Below, piece after piece: positions 27,788 to 42,436 of a stretch of DNA of 64,000 nt. The DNA is taken from positions 496,001-560,000 of the forward strand of contig NOWV01000018.1 of assembly GCA_003344405.1 (NCBI GenBank). The letters are read 5' to 3'. The notes under the pieces are model-generated. The model searched no databases and was not told where the DNA came from. It worked only from the letters and a program-made list of their open reading frames with translations. Positions within the stretch are counted from its first letter, which is position 1; the number at the start of each line of letters is the position of its first letter. A program made the translations under genes and the position numbers. The stretch is from Trichoplax sp. H2. Its lineage: Eukaryota.

Positions 27788-30058
27788 TTAAGGAATCCTA
27801 CCTACTGTTATTAAAGTCTGCATTCATCTAATTTGGCTTGATTTCTGTTCTATCCCTTCGTTTGTTGTAGTATTACAAACTTCTACATAAAGATTTTTAT
27901 CAGCGTATACATTATTAACGTCAAGGCTAGAATGATAAAAGGTGGAACTTTTTTATTGATCTATATTCCTCTAATACGCTGCTTTTTCGGTTTATACATT
28001 TCCGCTAAACGATTCAATCTCAGTTTTGGGCGAGATTTTTAAACTTCCAATTGTCTATTTCTATAAGCCTATATCCATCCAAAAGAATAATATCATGTAT
28101 GAAATGAATTATCAACGACAATGTAGTCCCTATCTTATTGGTCTTCAATCTCATTTCACTTGATGATTAAGATTTTCTATTAACTGGTGTGTTCTCTATC
28201 TGATAAGCTTCCAACGATAGAAGAATACCTTTCCCGTAAAAGCAGTTCTTACAGCGTCGTAGTTAATAACAGACTATTCTACCTTGTAGCCTGCCATGTA
28301 GTATTACAGGCAATAGTCACAAAATTTGGGATAGTCCAGTTGTTATGTAGCGATTGATATTAAAATGTTTTCTCTTTTGTATGAACTGAATGAACGATAG
28401 TAAAAACGATATCCAATGTTGTTTTTATAATTATCTTTAGATTTTGTTATGACGGATATAGAAAAGCTTATCTTTACTCTAATCCTATTTCTTAAAATTG
28501 CTATGCCTGGTCGTGTGTTGCTATGATAATTACATCATTATAAATTAATGTAGTAGAATAAATATAGCAAAATAGAGATCTTCATTTGTATTAGCTGCTT
28601 TTTAAATCGGTATACTGAGTATGGTAGCAATCCTAATCATGCGACATTAAACGGTAGCTTAAATCTTTATCATTAGCTATCATTAGATTCAATTTGCACA
28701 TATTTCCTGATCCTTATGCTAATTAAAAATTTGATTTAATGATCTTTTAGCTTTTACAATTTTAGCTGTTAAAATTGTAATGAATTTATTAAAATTTGCT
28801 GTTGTGCAATGCTAGATTGGATATCTTGTTGTATAATATGGAATATAATATTATTTCTGTTTTTTCTTTATTTTTATCATCAATAGAATTGATTATAGTC
28901 CTTAATTATAAATTGATTTTAAAATTAAAAGCTCGTCGCTAATGATCTTCTTGTATTTTAAGCTAAGATAAAATTAGCCCGACGTTGAAAAATTTACGAT
29001 GAAGATGCCCATCACTAATCGTAATGGACTAGATCATATGATGAACTGTTAAATATTCAACGACTATTTTCAGTCGTTGTGATCTTTTAAGCTTTCAAAA
29101 ATGAATATCGTACAATGTTGCCTGTTCAATACTTTGGTCAATGATTGGTTATAATCATAACATTTTGCAGCCAGCGCTTTTCGAGTTATCGTTATAGTAA
29201 AATACTTTGTGCTAGTTTAGGTAAAGGAATTTTTATGACAATACTACGATGTTTGGCTTTTTAACTTAAGAGTATGTCAACTCTTATTTGAATTAATATT
29301 TAACATAATTATACAATTAATGGACAATTAATAAAAGTTTACGTGTAATTATTTCTTTATAAATAAAGCTACTTCGATATTTTAAATCAGAGTGGACTAA
29401 TAATGATTTACTACGATAAGTGAAATAGTATCGTCTTGATTATTAATTCTTGCAGAGTGGTGTAAATTAGATATGATTCAAGAAATCTTAGGGATATGAA
29501 TTGACATAATATTCTACCCTTGCTTATAGATTAAATCATGCATTCTATTATTAATGTTAGCGAAACTCTTTAAAGTCAGATCTTACACATTCGAAATTAA
29601 TCAAGTCTCCCAGTGAAAATTAAACTTTCCACTATTCTAAAACGATAGTAGAACCAAATTAAACACGGAAGCATGAACTATTGGAAAGAGAAATTGATTA
29701 TTTTATATGTATATTAGAAAGGAGAATACAAATATATAAGTATATGAATATAATTACAAAGAAATACCGGCTCTCATGCTTGAATTTGATTCTATGCTAT
29801 TGATAAGAATTACGCTAAATTTTGACAACTAATCAGTTCTTAAAAATAACTAGTACGGCACTATACTATATTTTATGGCGTTGTCTAATAAAAATGAGGT
29901 ATGAGTTGATTTATGAGACTTTAAATTCAATCAGAATGATTGATGCTAACAAAATGAGAAACGATGATTTTAAGCTTATGACTAGCGATAAATTGGATAA
30001 TATATTTAAGGTCATTTATAATTTAACATTAACAAATTTAGTGAAATGATATTTGGTT

Positions 30059-32868
30059 CTATAAGTTGATCAACGGATGGCATTGTTTATTCATCTAAAG
30101 GAAATTAATAACATAGGTGTAAAAAGCATTCATTAATTCTATAATGTACGAAATTTTAATCTCAAAGTATTGATATCATCGTTTTGTAAACCACTATATA
30201 TAGTGATTAATTATAAATAATTTAGAACGTAGCCGACTTACATTGCATGTTTCAGAAGTATGCTTATTGATGCAGCCATAGATTGGTCCTAAATCGCATT
30301 TATTTGGCATCAGAGTGTTAATCTCGTTGGAAAATTGCGTATAAGCTCTAGCTTCTGAATCCTTGCAGGTGTTTACTAGTAACTAGTTATGATAAACATA
30401 AAATAGAAGCTGTCTTAGTGTGGTTCATGATGTAATGAAGCTTACTGTACCCGTATATAGGGCAATCATGTAGCACTGATAATTATAATAATTTAAATTT
30501 AAATTATCAGATATCCATAATTATCCAATTAGACTCTAAAATCTGTCTCTAAATAGTTCTAACAACTTCATATTACGATATTGAAATTTCCATTACGGAC
30601 CGTAATCAAATTAAAAATTTAGCAGTAGATAAAAGTATTTCTAGAACCTGCCTTGTGATTGAAGAGTTATGGTCGTATAAGTATACGGTATTACACAATC
30701 TATGACGCCTACATAAGTTGTAATAAACGAAACTGATATATCTCGAAGCAATGTAGCCCTAAAGCATATGACTTACACGACAGATTGTCCTTGGAGGTAA
30801 TTTTTCGATAGTTTTTATGATACCGGGCATGTAGTTTCGAATAAAATCTATGCACTGAATATAGGTTATAACATCGAATGATTACACTTAAAAAATGAAA
30901 GTTTTCTTCAGTTTTCATTTTAGTCATATGAGTATAATTCATACAAAGGCCTTTAATAGCAGTAATACTAATAAAGTATGGCATACCAGCTTTTGAGCAG
31001 CATCGGTTAAACTCTCGCAAGCACGGTCAACGAGTACCTGTATTAGATTTTCCTATAGAGCAATAAATAAGTTTTGAACTTATTTAGTCCTTTCTCTATT
31101 AATATAATTTCAATTTGACATATTTGCAAAAAATCATCAATATCAGCATTGGTTAAGTCCTTTTAGAACTTACAAGTTCGCCTTTGCGTTCAAATAATGC
31201 TTCAACAACTGTAACAAAATATTCACAGTAGCCACATAGTGTAGCATTCTTTGAGCCAGGAAATGAAGGAACTGCGAAGATTTTAACAACAAAATAAATA
31301 CGTCAACCCATATATTTTATTCAAAATTAGAACTTTACATAACCAATGAAATATGGCCCTATTTTCAATTTGGGCTAAGATAACTACAAGAAAGTTAACT
31401 AGCATTGACTAATAAAATTCGTTACTCACCAATAGGCAAAACACTTTGTGCTAAAGTCTTGCTAATCTTCGCTTCGTAGCATATCTGTTCAGTGGTAGCG
31501 CCAACATGAAGTAGTTCAATGATGCTCATAAAGTAATTTTGAGTAATAACTTGGCACTAAATTGATAAGTAGAAAGATTTCAGGATATTAAAAGATTGAA
31601 TTCGATATCATTCTTCACCTGAATAATAATGATGACAAATTATGATAAAAATGAAGCATTTTCTAGGCTAACCAGTCTTACCACTTCACGCGATTGTCCA
31701 GGAAGGATATTACATATTCTACGTGATTGCTCAATTATAAATTTCTAGTGTATGTGAAAGCATATAAAAGTTAAAATAGTTAAAACACCAGTCCATCACT
31801 CTATGCAATATTTAAATTGTAAAACTAAACTTAATTTTGAACCATACCTTGGTGAAGTTAAGATTCAATAGTCTTTTCACTTGTCGTGTTATATACAAGC
31901 AATGGAATGGTTGCTGTAGTTCCTATATAGAGTGAGTTGGCAATATAAAGTCTTAATTTTATCTATCCATTTTAACAGTAGATATCATGCTGTCTTAGAT
32001 ATATCCAGAAGCATTTTAAAGGAACGCATTAGGCTACTATAAATTACCAGCTGTTCATTGTTCGATGCCCTCCAAGCAAAGACTTGGCAATAGTCGACGG
32101 CATTGCATTGCATTGCAGTCTCAGCCGAGCTACACCAGTATGTTGCACCAGCAGAGCAACGGCTTACTTGATGTAGTGTAGCGCTTTTGCATTGCCCTGC
32201 AAAGGAAAATCAAGCAAATTTATTTATGTCAATAACATGAAAATAATAATAATAATAATAATAATGCTTTTATGTGATGTAATTCTTCTAATATGCTAAT
32301 TATATTCTAATTCGATTTTTGCAAAATGTGGTTCCACATGAGCTAACTTGACCAGAACAAGAACGAAGCTAAAGTTGCAATCGATAGAATACTGATCTTT
32401 TCTGGTTACAACTAATATGTATCAAGCGTGTATAAGACATCGTCCAATCGGTAGAAATTACTACATGTGCATTTCGCTGGTGTTCTACGGTATATTTTAT
32501 GGCATCGATTGACAGCTAGCTGTGAATCTATTTAGTACCACACTTGATTTGAGTAGAACAACCCTATCATGACCTCTACGACGAAATAGGCCTCTGGTGG
32601 AAAATTCTCTATTCGCCAACATGAATTCATCATAGCATTCAATAGAACAAACTAGCTCAAATCCATGCCATTTCTTTTCGTATTACAGAATTAAATAGGT
32701 GAAAAAAAAGCTCTATTTTGCAGCATGTTAAAAAATATTGCTATCCTGAGTAATTAATTATCTATGATTAATATCAATCGATGAGTTGAATGATGAAGAG
32801 CTGATTTTTAGCTCACCGATAGAGCAGCAGTAATAGAATGCCACCAGCACGATTATCAATCTCATCAT
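30059..32868 (-). CDS. Prosaposin-like secreted protein, copy 1 (signal peptide-SapA-SapB-SapB-SapA), ~294 aa
   Basis: Exons 32868-32817, 32196-32048, 31922-31848, 31744-31682, 31556-31430, 31271-31174, 31052-30987, 30854-30777, 30382-30242, 30094-30059 splice in frame. Signal MMRLIIVLVAFYYCCSIG; SapA CSAGATYWCSSAETAMQCNAVDYCQVFAW; SapB CGYCEY...C...C...CRLLVNTC; terminal SapA CDLGPIYGC...CNMNKQC. Confidence 0.9.
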
Positions 32869-34469
32869 CTTCAATTTTGAATTTTATCCAGGGGAAGTTA
32901 GATGAAAAATTCGGCAACTACTTTCAATACTTTGAAAACTTCCAAGTCGATCTGATCAAGGTGAAACCAACTGTCTCTAGCAACTGGCAGCTTACCACTC
33001 GCTATTTGATCGGATGAGATTATTTTGCTCGACTTTATGTAAGCGGTACTACCGATGCCTTTTAAATCAATCGATATTGTGATGATAATTGATTTTGTTC
33101 GGACAAACGGTAGGAGATACCAGATTTAGAGTACTAAGTACTGTGGCTAACGGTGCATTGCATGGGTAATATGTACAATATGTGTCTAGTTCTATCGTCT
33201 TGATTATACAGCACAGTATGGAGAAACAATACTGATGGATCTTCTACGATCGTCGTTGGATGATACCATTAAGAGGGGAAAAGACAGTAGACAGACTGAG
33301 CTCGCCAACTGACTTGAACACCAATACAGTGGATGTGCCCATGAACTTAGTACAGTGAATTAAACTACACAGTGGAAAGTATTGTAATCTAAAACCATTA
33401 CGTAATGTTTTTCGACTCGGCGATCATCTTCAATAAACAAAGAGTCGCCCAGACGACTTTAGCATTGTGTATGATACCATATCGGGTACAATAGATACTT
33501 GTATCAGCTATCGTGGGCAAAATGGTTGTCTATGAGAATAGGATTAGTTTAAAATGAAAGGTGCATATACAGTAGTAACGATAGAGAAAAAACGACTATC
33601 TTCTTCTAGTGCATCATACAACAAATTAAAGTACGCGCAATACACTAGAGATTGCAAGCAAGGCCGATTACCATAATCTACAGTTCATTTAATTAAAGGA
33701 CAGCTCGTTTTTGCAACATGACGACGACAATAATAAATAGAAATTAATTTAAAGCTAACTCAGTCAAGTTGTTTATCCTTGCTTACTACCATTGGACAGA
33801 GTAGCTAACGATGCAATCAATATATTAAAAATAAACTGATGAAGTCATGCCATCACTATCTCCAACCGATGAAAAGATCGAATCGATTTCTTCCACCTGC
33901 ATATTGTTCTTATGTTTACATCACGTGGTAGAATGCCTAATGTCAATAGAGCTACTCGCGAGCGATGACCTAATTTGGAAGTGTTATTTTGCAAGGATGG
34001 CAGTGAGTGATATTCTTTATTTCAACAAAAACACCTTTAATTAATATCCACCAACAAGGCACTGCAGGCCCAGGTAGAACTTATTGTAAGTGTGGAGGGA
34101 ATGTATATTTCGAAAACGTAATAGGCGGTAATAATATATATTTATCTCCACTAACCAACGATTGCGGGGATGGAATAGAGATGTTATTATTCTGCATGCA
34201 TCGAAGGATGTCATAGTAGAGACTATTGGATTGAGTATTTCTCTGCTTTCATTGTATATTGAAACGATCTACGTAGGGTTGGCTACCATGATGCGATTGC
34301 CAAGGTTGGATATTGGCATGGGGTAGTATGGGTGGATATCTACAGTATAAGACCATAACATAAAGTTGTTTATATACGTGTTTAGAAACGTTTAATGAAG
34401 TAGTTTACTTTTGAACTAGAGGGACGAGTTCCAATTTCACAGATAATCAAATAGAAATTGAGGAGTATA

Positions 34470-35245
34470 CTCAATGTTGATCAACAGACAGAAACGCGTA
34501 AATTTAGATATAAGGGTATACTTTCGAATATTACTCAAGCCCAATAACAGATATTGTACTATATTAAGTAGTTATAAGTAGAAAATGGCTTCAAGCGAAT
34601 CGAAAGATGTACGCATGAGTCGATTATATGACATCATTTTTATTTAATGAGTACAAAGTACATATCAATCATGAAATGATAAAAGGTATGTATATAAAAT
34701 TAGATTATTACTGTACCTCAGTAATAGCAACTTTAGCTCTAAAAACTAATTTGATCTAGTTACGTAATATACTGTCAATAAAATTAATTAAACTACATTT
34801 GAACGTAATCATCAAAAAATTAGATACTGTAATCTCCAATAAAGCATGAGATACTCAAATCGATTTTGAGTAGGATGCTGAATATTGATGATCAGACACA
34901 AACGCGTAGATTTATAGATATTGGAGCACAGTATACTCTCGAATATTACAGGTATACAAAAACAGACGTTATATGCCCTGTACTAAGCAGGTATAAGTAG
35001 AAAATGACATCAAGCGAATCGATTATATAACATCATTGCCGTTTAATGAGTATAAAATACATAATATTACACATCAATCATGAAATGATAAAAGGAATGT
35101 ACGCTTATATATATAATTAGATTATTACCTCAGCAACGGCAATTTTAGCTCTAAAAAATAATTTGATCAACATACGCAAGATACTATTAATAAATTAAGT
35201 TATGCTTGAATCCAATCCTGAAAAAATTGGAAACTGTAATCTCTA
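34470..35245. repeat. Degenerate tandem duplication, ~410-bp unit
   Basis: aaacgcgta, tataagtagaaaatg, caagcgaatcga, atcaatcatgaaatgataaaagg and ctgtaatctc each occur twice in the same order. Confidence 0.85.
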
Positions 35246-37901
35246 GGAATGTAGTTTTATTGACCTACGTTATACGTTAGTATTCGTTCAAAACAAATCG
35301 AGATTGTAATAATCTAGATGATAATAAAGAATTGATAGCTTACATTATTTGCCCAGCAGGAATGCTTACTGCATATTGCACAATCAAAGTAGTTTTAAAA
35401 TACTGTTATCGTGTTTAAAATGTCAATAGTTGGATGCAATCACGACTACAGAAGCTTATGCCAGGCATACTACGATAAATTTTTTAAATTGTAATAATAA
35501 TTCAATAATGTATACCTAGAAAATTAGAATAACATATCACAAAATTTAAATACCACGTCGTATTGATCAAAGTTTTACGAAGCATCCATCGTGTTATACC
35601 TTGCTCGACCAACCCGTTAAATCGATGATGTAATGTGTAAAAGTATAAGATCCATGATACACAGTTCAATTCCCATATAATGACTACATACGCGGATAGC
35701 ATACTGCATTACTGTAATGATATATTGTATATACATTAATCATGAAATTACGCTGTATAGCGAGCGTATAATACGCATCGTGACGCTGAAGGATTACCTA
35801 TACTGTACTGTATGTCTATCACGTTATTTTAACTTTTCTTCTAGTATCTATATGAATATCCATATAAAATCATAATAATTTACCAAAGAATTAAACACTT
35901 CATCATGTTGATCTACCTTATAAAGCATCCATCGTGGCATATCTTGTATGGTCAATAGGTAAAATCGATGATGTACTGCTAAAAGCGTAAGGTTCATAAT
36001 GTAAGCATTATTTTATCGCCATATGAGGGCGATACATGAAACTTAGCACCACATACATCAGCTACGACACTGTATATGTAAATAATGATGATATCTATGT
36101 TGTTCAATTTTGCATACACATGTTTTAGCTATACGGTATAATTTTGTATTTCGATAAAATTATAGCATATAAGGTAAGATTAGCACGCACAATCAATTTT
36201 TTTAAATTGCATGGCCGGTAATAATGCAATATCTGTGGCCATGGAGTTGTTATACCATGCTCCAGAACAAAGTATAGTGCTCCGTTGATCATAGTTTGAG
36301 AAAGCGCCCATCGTGCAATATTACGAATGGCCCCATAGATTAAATCGATTATGTAATGCAAAAAATCGAGTCCCTGGTGTGTTAACTACATAAGAATCTA
36401 CGATTTTCTGTATTAATAATATAATTGTAGTATGCATGTAGATACACAGTACATACAAGTATAATCACTCATTCCTTTTGAAACTAAGCAATCATGTAAA
36501 ATTGGCCCTGTATTTATGGCATGACAAAAGTTTTAATCATGACCAAATAGAAGAACAGCCAAGGTAAGTAAGCCGATCATTAAAGTGAAATGTTGCACGT
36601 TTTCATAACTGATGTTACTGTAGACTGTCAGCTACTAGTATTGCTGTAATGCCGGTATTTATTAGTTCATGTTAGAGATCATCCTCCTCCTAGTTTATCT
36701 CACTACAGTGTGACATCATCATAACATCGAAAAGGGACGTAATATTGTATTTTTATCGTTGTTTGTTTTTTGTTACCACATTTATAAGTATGCAAATTAT
36801 TTTATTAGTAAAAATGAGATAAATAGTAACTAAAACTATTTACGGCCTTAAGATGTTTTCATGCTACTGGTAGAATTCCATTCGAGGTTAATAAGCAGAC
36901 CTGGAACTAGTCCTGTTTTCATAATGAGTAACTTGAAAACAAAGTATGAATTGCTCCAGATATTTTTAGTCGAAATTTTTACTCCCAGCTATGACTTCTA
37001 ATAGAGGAAATTTTATGAATTATAACAGTTAAGGTACTGAATTTGATAAGAGTATGATTTAAGGAGCTAATAGCAAATAAAGTATAGAACTGCAGCATCC
37101 AACATTTATATTCAATTTGGGGTTGCTTATCTAGATGAGCTTTCTTGTCAATTGGCAAATAGCAAGAGATGAAAATTGATCAATAAGTAAAAAATTATAA
37201 TGAGAGATTGCTTCTTTCGGTAGTCAAGGTTCAATAAAATAATCAAAAGTATGGTACTATGCCTTTCTTATCGAATTGGTTAACTAGTTGGTATCAATTA
37301 GATTATTAAATTGCGTTATTGACCTTTTACAGACATCTATTAAAGGTAGAGAATAGCTTTATTGTAGTCTAGCCGTAAGAAGTTAATTTCTAAATTGATT
37401 TTTATCATAATATCTCTTCTTAAATTCTCGTTCAAAAAGCACCGTTTCATCTAACAAGATTTAGAAACTATAGTTTATTAAATTGTTCTGTTAAAGTTTG
37501 AACTACCTGGTTGATAGTATAGTTGAAAATTTTACTGTTTTTCATTCTAGAGGATATTTTCTGATCGGCCTTCTAATAATAACGTTGCATCCTGACATTT
37601 CAGTCATCGATAAGGGTTTTAGCGATACATATCAATTTTAAGTAAATTTATCTTGGAACTATATTTTGATTTCAAGATTATCGCAGATTTGGTCATTAAT
37701 ATATCATATCTGCTAATCTTAACCAGATCAATGTTTATCATAACATATCTCAAACGGCGTTAAGACAAGACATAATCTTCTTAACTATCTTCCAGCCCTA
37801 ATTAACATTGCAACGATGTTAAGGCAACACGTTTTACCCAGTTTAATTAAAAAATCTAGAACATTTCTTTTATCCTTATGTAGACTAAACTAGAGTTTTC
37901 A

Positions 37902-38400
37902 TTAGTTTTTCCTAAGAGTCCTAGCCAGGCGATGCTCTTTCATCTAAGAAAGGAAATAAAATGCTTTCCTTTGCAAGACTGCTACTATAAAGCGCCGGAG
38001 CTTCGGATAGATTAAAAGCAAAGTAAATAATATGAAATTTTGATATATATAACATTGCTCTGTGAATTCTTGGATTTAACAGCTATAAATCGGTCCCAAA
38101 ACACACCCATTAGGCACAAGTTCATGAACACGATGCAACATTTGAAGGCTACTTTGTCCATCGTGACCATTACAAAGGCGAAAGGTTACAGTGGCTTTAA
38201 TAAAATAAAATTTATCCGCTTGAGTCCCGGATTATCATTACTTGCGGCTATTATAATTGCAGCTTGCAATAATCACATGAAAAGCAAGCAACTACCAATT
38301 TAGAATATTCAATACTTAGGTACTAGGATATTTTCTAATGGAAAGGATAAGGGATGTTTTTTCATCAAAGGATTATAGAGGTATAGCAATTGCATATGCA
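37902..38400 (-). pseudogene. Decayed fragment of a fourth saposin-like paralog (terminal exons)
   Basis: 38189-38049 is a 141-nt homolog of exon 9 (LCNGHDGQSSLQMLHRVHELVPNGCVLGPIYSC*IQEFTEQCY) with in-frame stops and non-canonical splice ends. 37943-37902 resembles exon 10 (MKEHR, Cys->Arg). A possible exon-8 remnant starts at 38400. Confidence 0.75.
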
Positions 38401-39130
38401 CTGTAGCGTAGTCAAAGTAAGTGGAGTAGTAATTTGAACGAAACAGTATTGATCAAAATTAATTATAAAATAATCAGGCTATTGCATCTTTTTGACACGG
38501 CCATTTGTGCATATTAAATTCATTTTCGACGCAAAATTAATAAAGATTCTCGCGAAACATTGTGAAGCCTCTTTTTGGTATTAAATGGAATTAATGCAAT
38601 ATATCGTTTATTATAGAGCAAGAAAATCATCTTGCGGTAACATGATTGGATATAAATTTATCATTTACAGATTCTATGAAATTAAAGCTAAGAGATCAAA
38701 CACGACAGTAATCACTAATTGAAACCAGGAATACAAAATTTTAGTTATCATAAAGGATGAGGAGATAAAAGCTGTAACTTAAATATTACTTTCGCTCTAA
38801 ACACATATAGAAATGAAACGCTATCCAGTAAACAAACTGTAATCTTCTTATGCTACTGATATCACACTTTACTCTCTTATTTAATCCAAGCTGATAAATC
38901 TGCTATTAAGCGATGACTAAGATTTAAAATTTAATTTAACGTGGATGAAGTAGCATTGCATCCAATGCCTACTTGTTCATCAAGATGGTGTCGATATCAG
39001 GAGCTTAAGTAGGACGCTAGGAAAGGTTCACGGATAGTACGTTAAAATAAATTTACTTTTCCTATTTCTTGTAATCCTTTCAAGGGTATTCCGACTAAAT
39101 CATATTTGATAGTGGTAATTTTCTAGTTCA

Positions 39131-42100
39131 TTATTGACCACTGAGCATCTTACTGCACTGCTTTTTCATCTATAATCAGAATTAAAATATGCGAGTCTTG
39201 ATTGATGAACCTTAAATTCCCATAACTTGATAGAAATCCGACATGATGATGACAAATCTCCAGAAATAAAATGTTAAAATTACTTTCCTTATACTTACAT
39301 TACACCGTTCTGCAAATTCTTGATTATAACAGCCGTAGATGGATCCCAAAACGCATCGATCAGGAATTAATTGATCGATCTTGTTTAAGATATTAAAATG
39401 CTGTTGTCCTGACGGCCCAACGCAAACATTCAGAAATAACTATCATATCAATAGAAATTTCATTTAAAAATTATCCCAATTAACTCAATCAGTCTAACAG
39501 TAAAACTTACAAAGCAATCTACTCGTGGAGGTAAGTTGATAAAAGCTTCAATTAAATAAGCTAAGTCATTGTTGGCGAAATACAAACACTAAAATTTTCA
39601 AAATAGAAAGATTTAATTTTAATTTTATCATTGCTAGGTACGACATTAGTAATGCAGTTCTATCACGATCAAATCATATCTAACTCATGGAGAAGCTCAA
39701 ATATAAACAAGCATAAATATGGTTCAAATTTTCATTTTCCTATTAAGCTTTGCCGACCTCTTGATTTTCTGGTGGTGGTAAATCATTACAGACTTGCATT
39801 CTAAAAGAACTAATTAAGTTTTGCTGGATAGATAAAAAAGTAACTAGAAATTAGATTATTATCATTTTAGATGCTACCGTAATCAAAATTTTCCATTTAA
39901 ATTGTTATAAAATTTATAAAACAATAAAAAATCACGCAGTAAAAGTATTTCTTATACAAATATCATTCAATAGGCGATTTCTTAGATAGTATGGTGAAAT
40001 AATATACAAAAAATAATCATCATCAACAATCCAAACATAAATTATTCCCTTACAAATTCCTTTGGTTCTTGTAATTCTTGATCAATAAGGGCAAATAAGT
40101 ATTCGCATAAACCACATATAGTACTGTTCATATCTCCAGGAAAGGGAGCAACTATATTAGAGCCATACAGTAATAACAGTTTTAGACAATTCGCTAACAT
40201 TGCTTAGCCAAAAGCCAAGTTCCATTAGCAAAATTTGATCATTTAATAGCTCAGTTGCGTTAACCATCGGCCAATTTTATAAGTATTCCTTACTCGTTGG
40301 CATATCAGGTAGACTCAATTTTTTAGCTTGCGGCAGCAATTTTCTTGCCATGGTCAATTCACGACAAATTTGCTCAGGCTTTTCTCCTAGCTCGATATAA
40401 GCAAATATCCTTTCCAGAAAATGTCGAACCCTAACTTGACACTGCATTTTAGCAGCAGATGAAGGCTAAAAATTTCATTACAAAATCAAAAATTATTTTA
40501 GTACAGTTATCTATATATCCAGTGTAGCTAAATGTGCAAAAGTTTATCGAATTCAAATATACTCTATACCATGGAGCGAACGTTAGAGGATATTCTATTA
40601 CATAGCTTGAAAGCTTGTTTTATAAAAAATTCCTGTTTTAAAAAGATAAAATAGGGACTTATTAGTGTTTTAATTGAAAAAATTATAGCAAGACTGTTTG
40701 GGCTCATTGTATAATATTCTCTTTAATCTAAACATAATCATAGTGTCTCAAATTAGAACAATTTCCTATAGTTGGAATCTTTACTTTGGTATTATTAAGG
40801 TGTAACCACTGTCGAATTATTCTTGTAGTAAATACGCAGGAAAATGGTTCCTGAAGATCCTATCACCGATATAATCGAATAAAATAAATTTTAATCGTCA
40901 ATTAATAAATCTGTGTTAATTTATTATTTAAGTAGAATAGAATTCAAATGAAAGCTTTAATACTGAATTTAGACTTATTATTGAAAACTATGCTAGTTCC
41001 TTGAACATCATTTTTATAGCTTCAACAATTTATAATTTCAGGTACGCGTATATGTTATAAAATCTAGCATAGATATTAATAATACTACACGTAGGTAATT
41101 ATCATTCAATTATTGACTTACTTTTAGCTTTTCAGGCAGTGGTGATGAAACATGATTGGCAGGTTTTATCATTTTCATTTCAACAGTTTTGCTATAGCCT
41201 TAAACGTCCAATCATACGTAAATTTAGTGTCATGCTAATTGAATAACTTTATTATAAATATCAAAATTGCAAAGCTACACAAATATTGTTATTAAAGCTA
41301 TTTAATGAAACTCTTTCTACTCTTCTTTTAAAGAAATACAACTCAAATGGCATAATTGCAGTCTCCGATTCTAATATTCCGTGCAATATCTCATTAATAT
41401 TGTAATAAAATCAATCTAAGTACAAAGTGGTTTTGCGGTAGCCCGAACATTCAACTGTAAACTAGCATCTCCTACTATAATAACCATAGTAACTTAAAAG
41501 GCCTATTTTCAAATAACAAATTGCAAGCGTCGATAAAGTATAGAGTAGCTAGCTACTCAATAACGGTTATTTAAGCTATTAATTATATCCTAATAATAAG
41601 TGCATAAACTCTTTCTGCTCCTCAACCTAATAATTTGTCAAAGACGAAATGGTCACCTAAATAAATCTCTTTGCTTTCATAACTGACTATGATTATGACC
41701 GAAATTAAGAAATATCGCAACAACATATGGGCTACTGCTGAATCTAACTCATGCAGATCATCTTCTAAAATTAAACAATATTATCTTCCTATATGGACAG
41801 GTATTGGTATAAGGTATTTGTATAGGATAGAGCTCTTCCAACTTTTAATAGCAAAATACCGCTACATGTTGTAAATGAAGCATATTCATCAAATCGCGAT
41901 TCTCTTAGGTCAGCACGATCAAAAGATGGCTTAACTATGCAATAAGTAAGTATAATGCATCTATGAACTCTTGCTACCATCTATTCAGAAAAGATGCAAT
42001 ATGTTATGGAATCACTTAATAAGCGATTCCCAAGGATGATAAGCAATTTTTCCGTGAGCGACTAGTCAACAATTGAATGTCATGAAAGCTATAAAAATCA

Positions 42101-42436
42101 CTTTATAGTCGCCTCTCAAGCTTAATAAGCAATTTCTTCATGAGCAATTGTAGAATCAGCAATTAACTGCCACAATAGCTATAAAAACTAGATCGTTTAG
42201 ACGATATCTACAACAGCTAAGACTTGATCAAATAATATGAGTAAGCTAAAGTTCTTCTATTGCAATTATAAGTGCATAGTTCAGAGAATTAAAATAGCAC
42301 AGTAGTAGCTATCGCAGAAAACTTGGTTAAGATAGCAAACATCACAAGTTGTAAGCTAAATCGAACTTAATAAACTATTTTTTTTACCTAGTTGGCATAG
42401 ATAAAAGGCAATAAGTAATAAGATGAAAGCTTTCAT
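39131..42436 (-). CDS. Prosaposin-like secreted protein, copy 2 (signal peptide-SapB-SapB-SapA), ~277 aa
   Basis: Exons 42436-42388, 41198-41122, 40859-40785, 40632-40570, 40441-40294, 40151-40054, 39823-39758, 39588-39511, 39439-39299, 39169-39131. Signal MKAFILLLIAFYLCQLG; CGLCEYLF; LPPRVDCF; CVLGSIYGC. Exon lengths 75/63/98/66/78/141 are identical to copy 1. Confidence 0.88.

Noticed and set aside
27537-27791. Overlapping alternative-frame ORF in the last beta-catenin exon
   Set aside because: Expected shadow ORF of low-complexity coding sequence.
33000-34350. Higher-GC stretch with interrupted reading frames
   Set aside because: Multiple stops and no family I can name; at most a degraded element.
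41789-41980. ORF as first exon of saposin copy 2
   Set aside because: A better signal-peptide exon homologous to copy 1 lies at 42436-42388.
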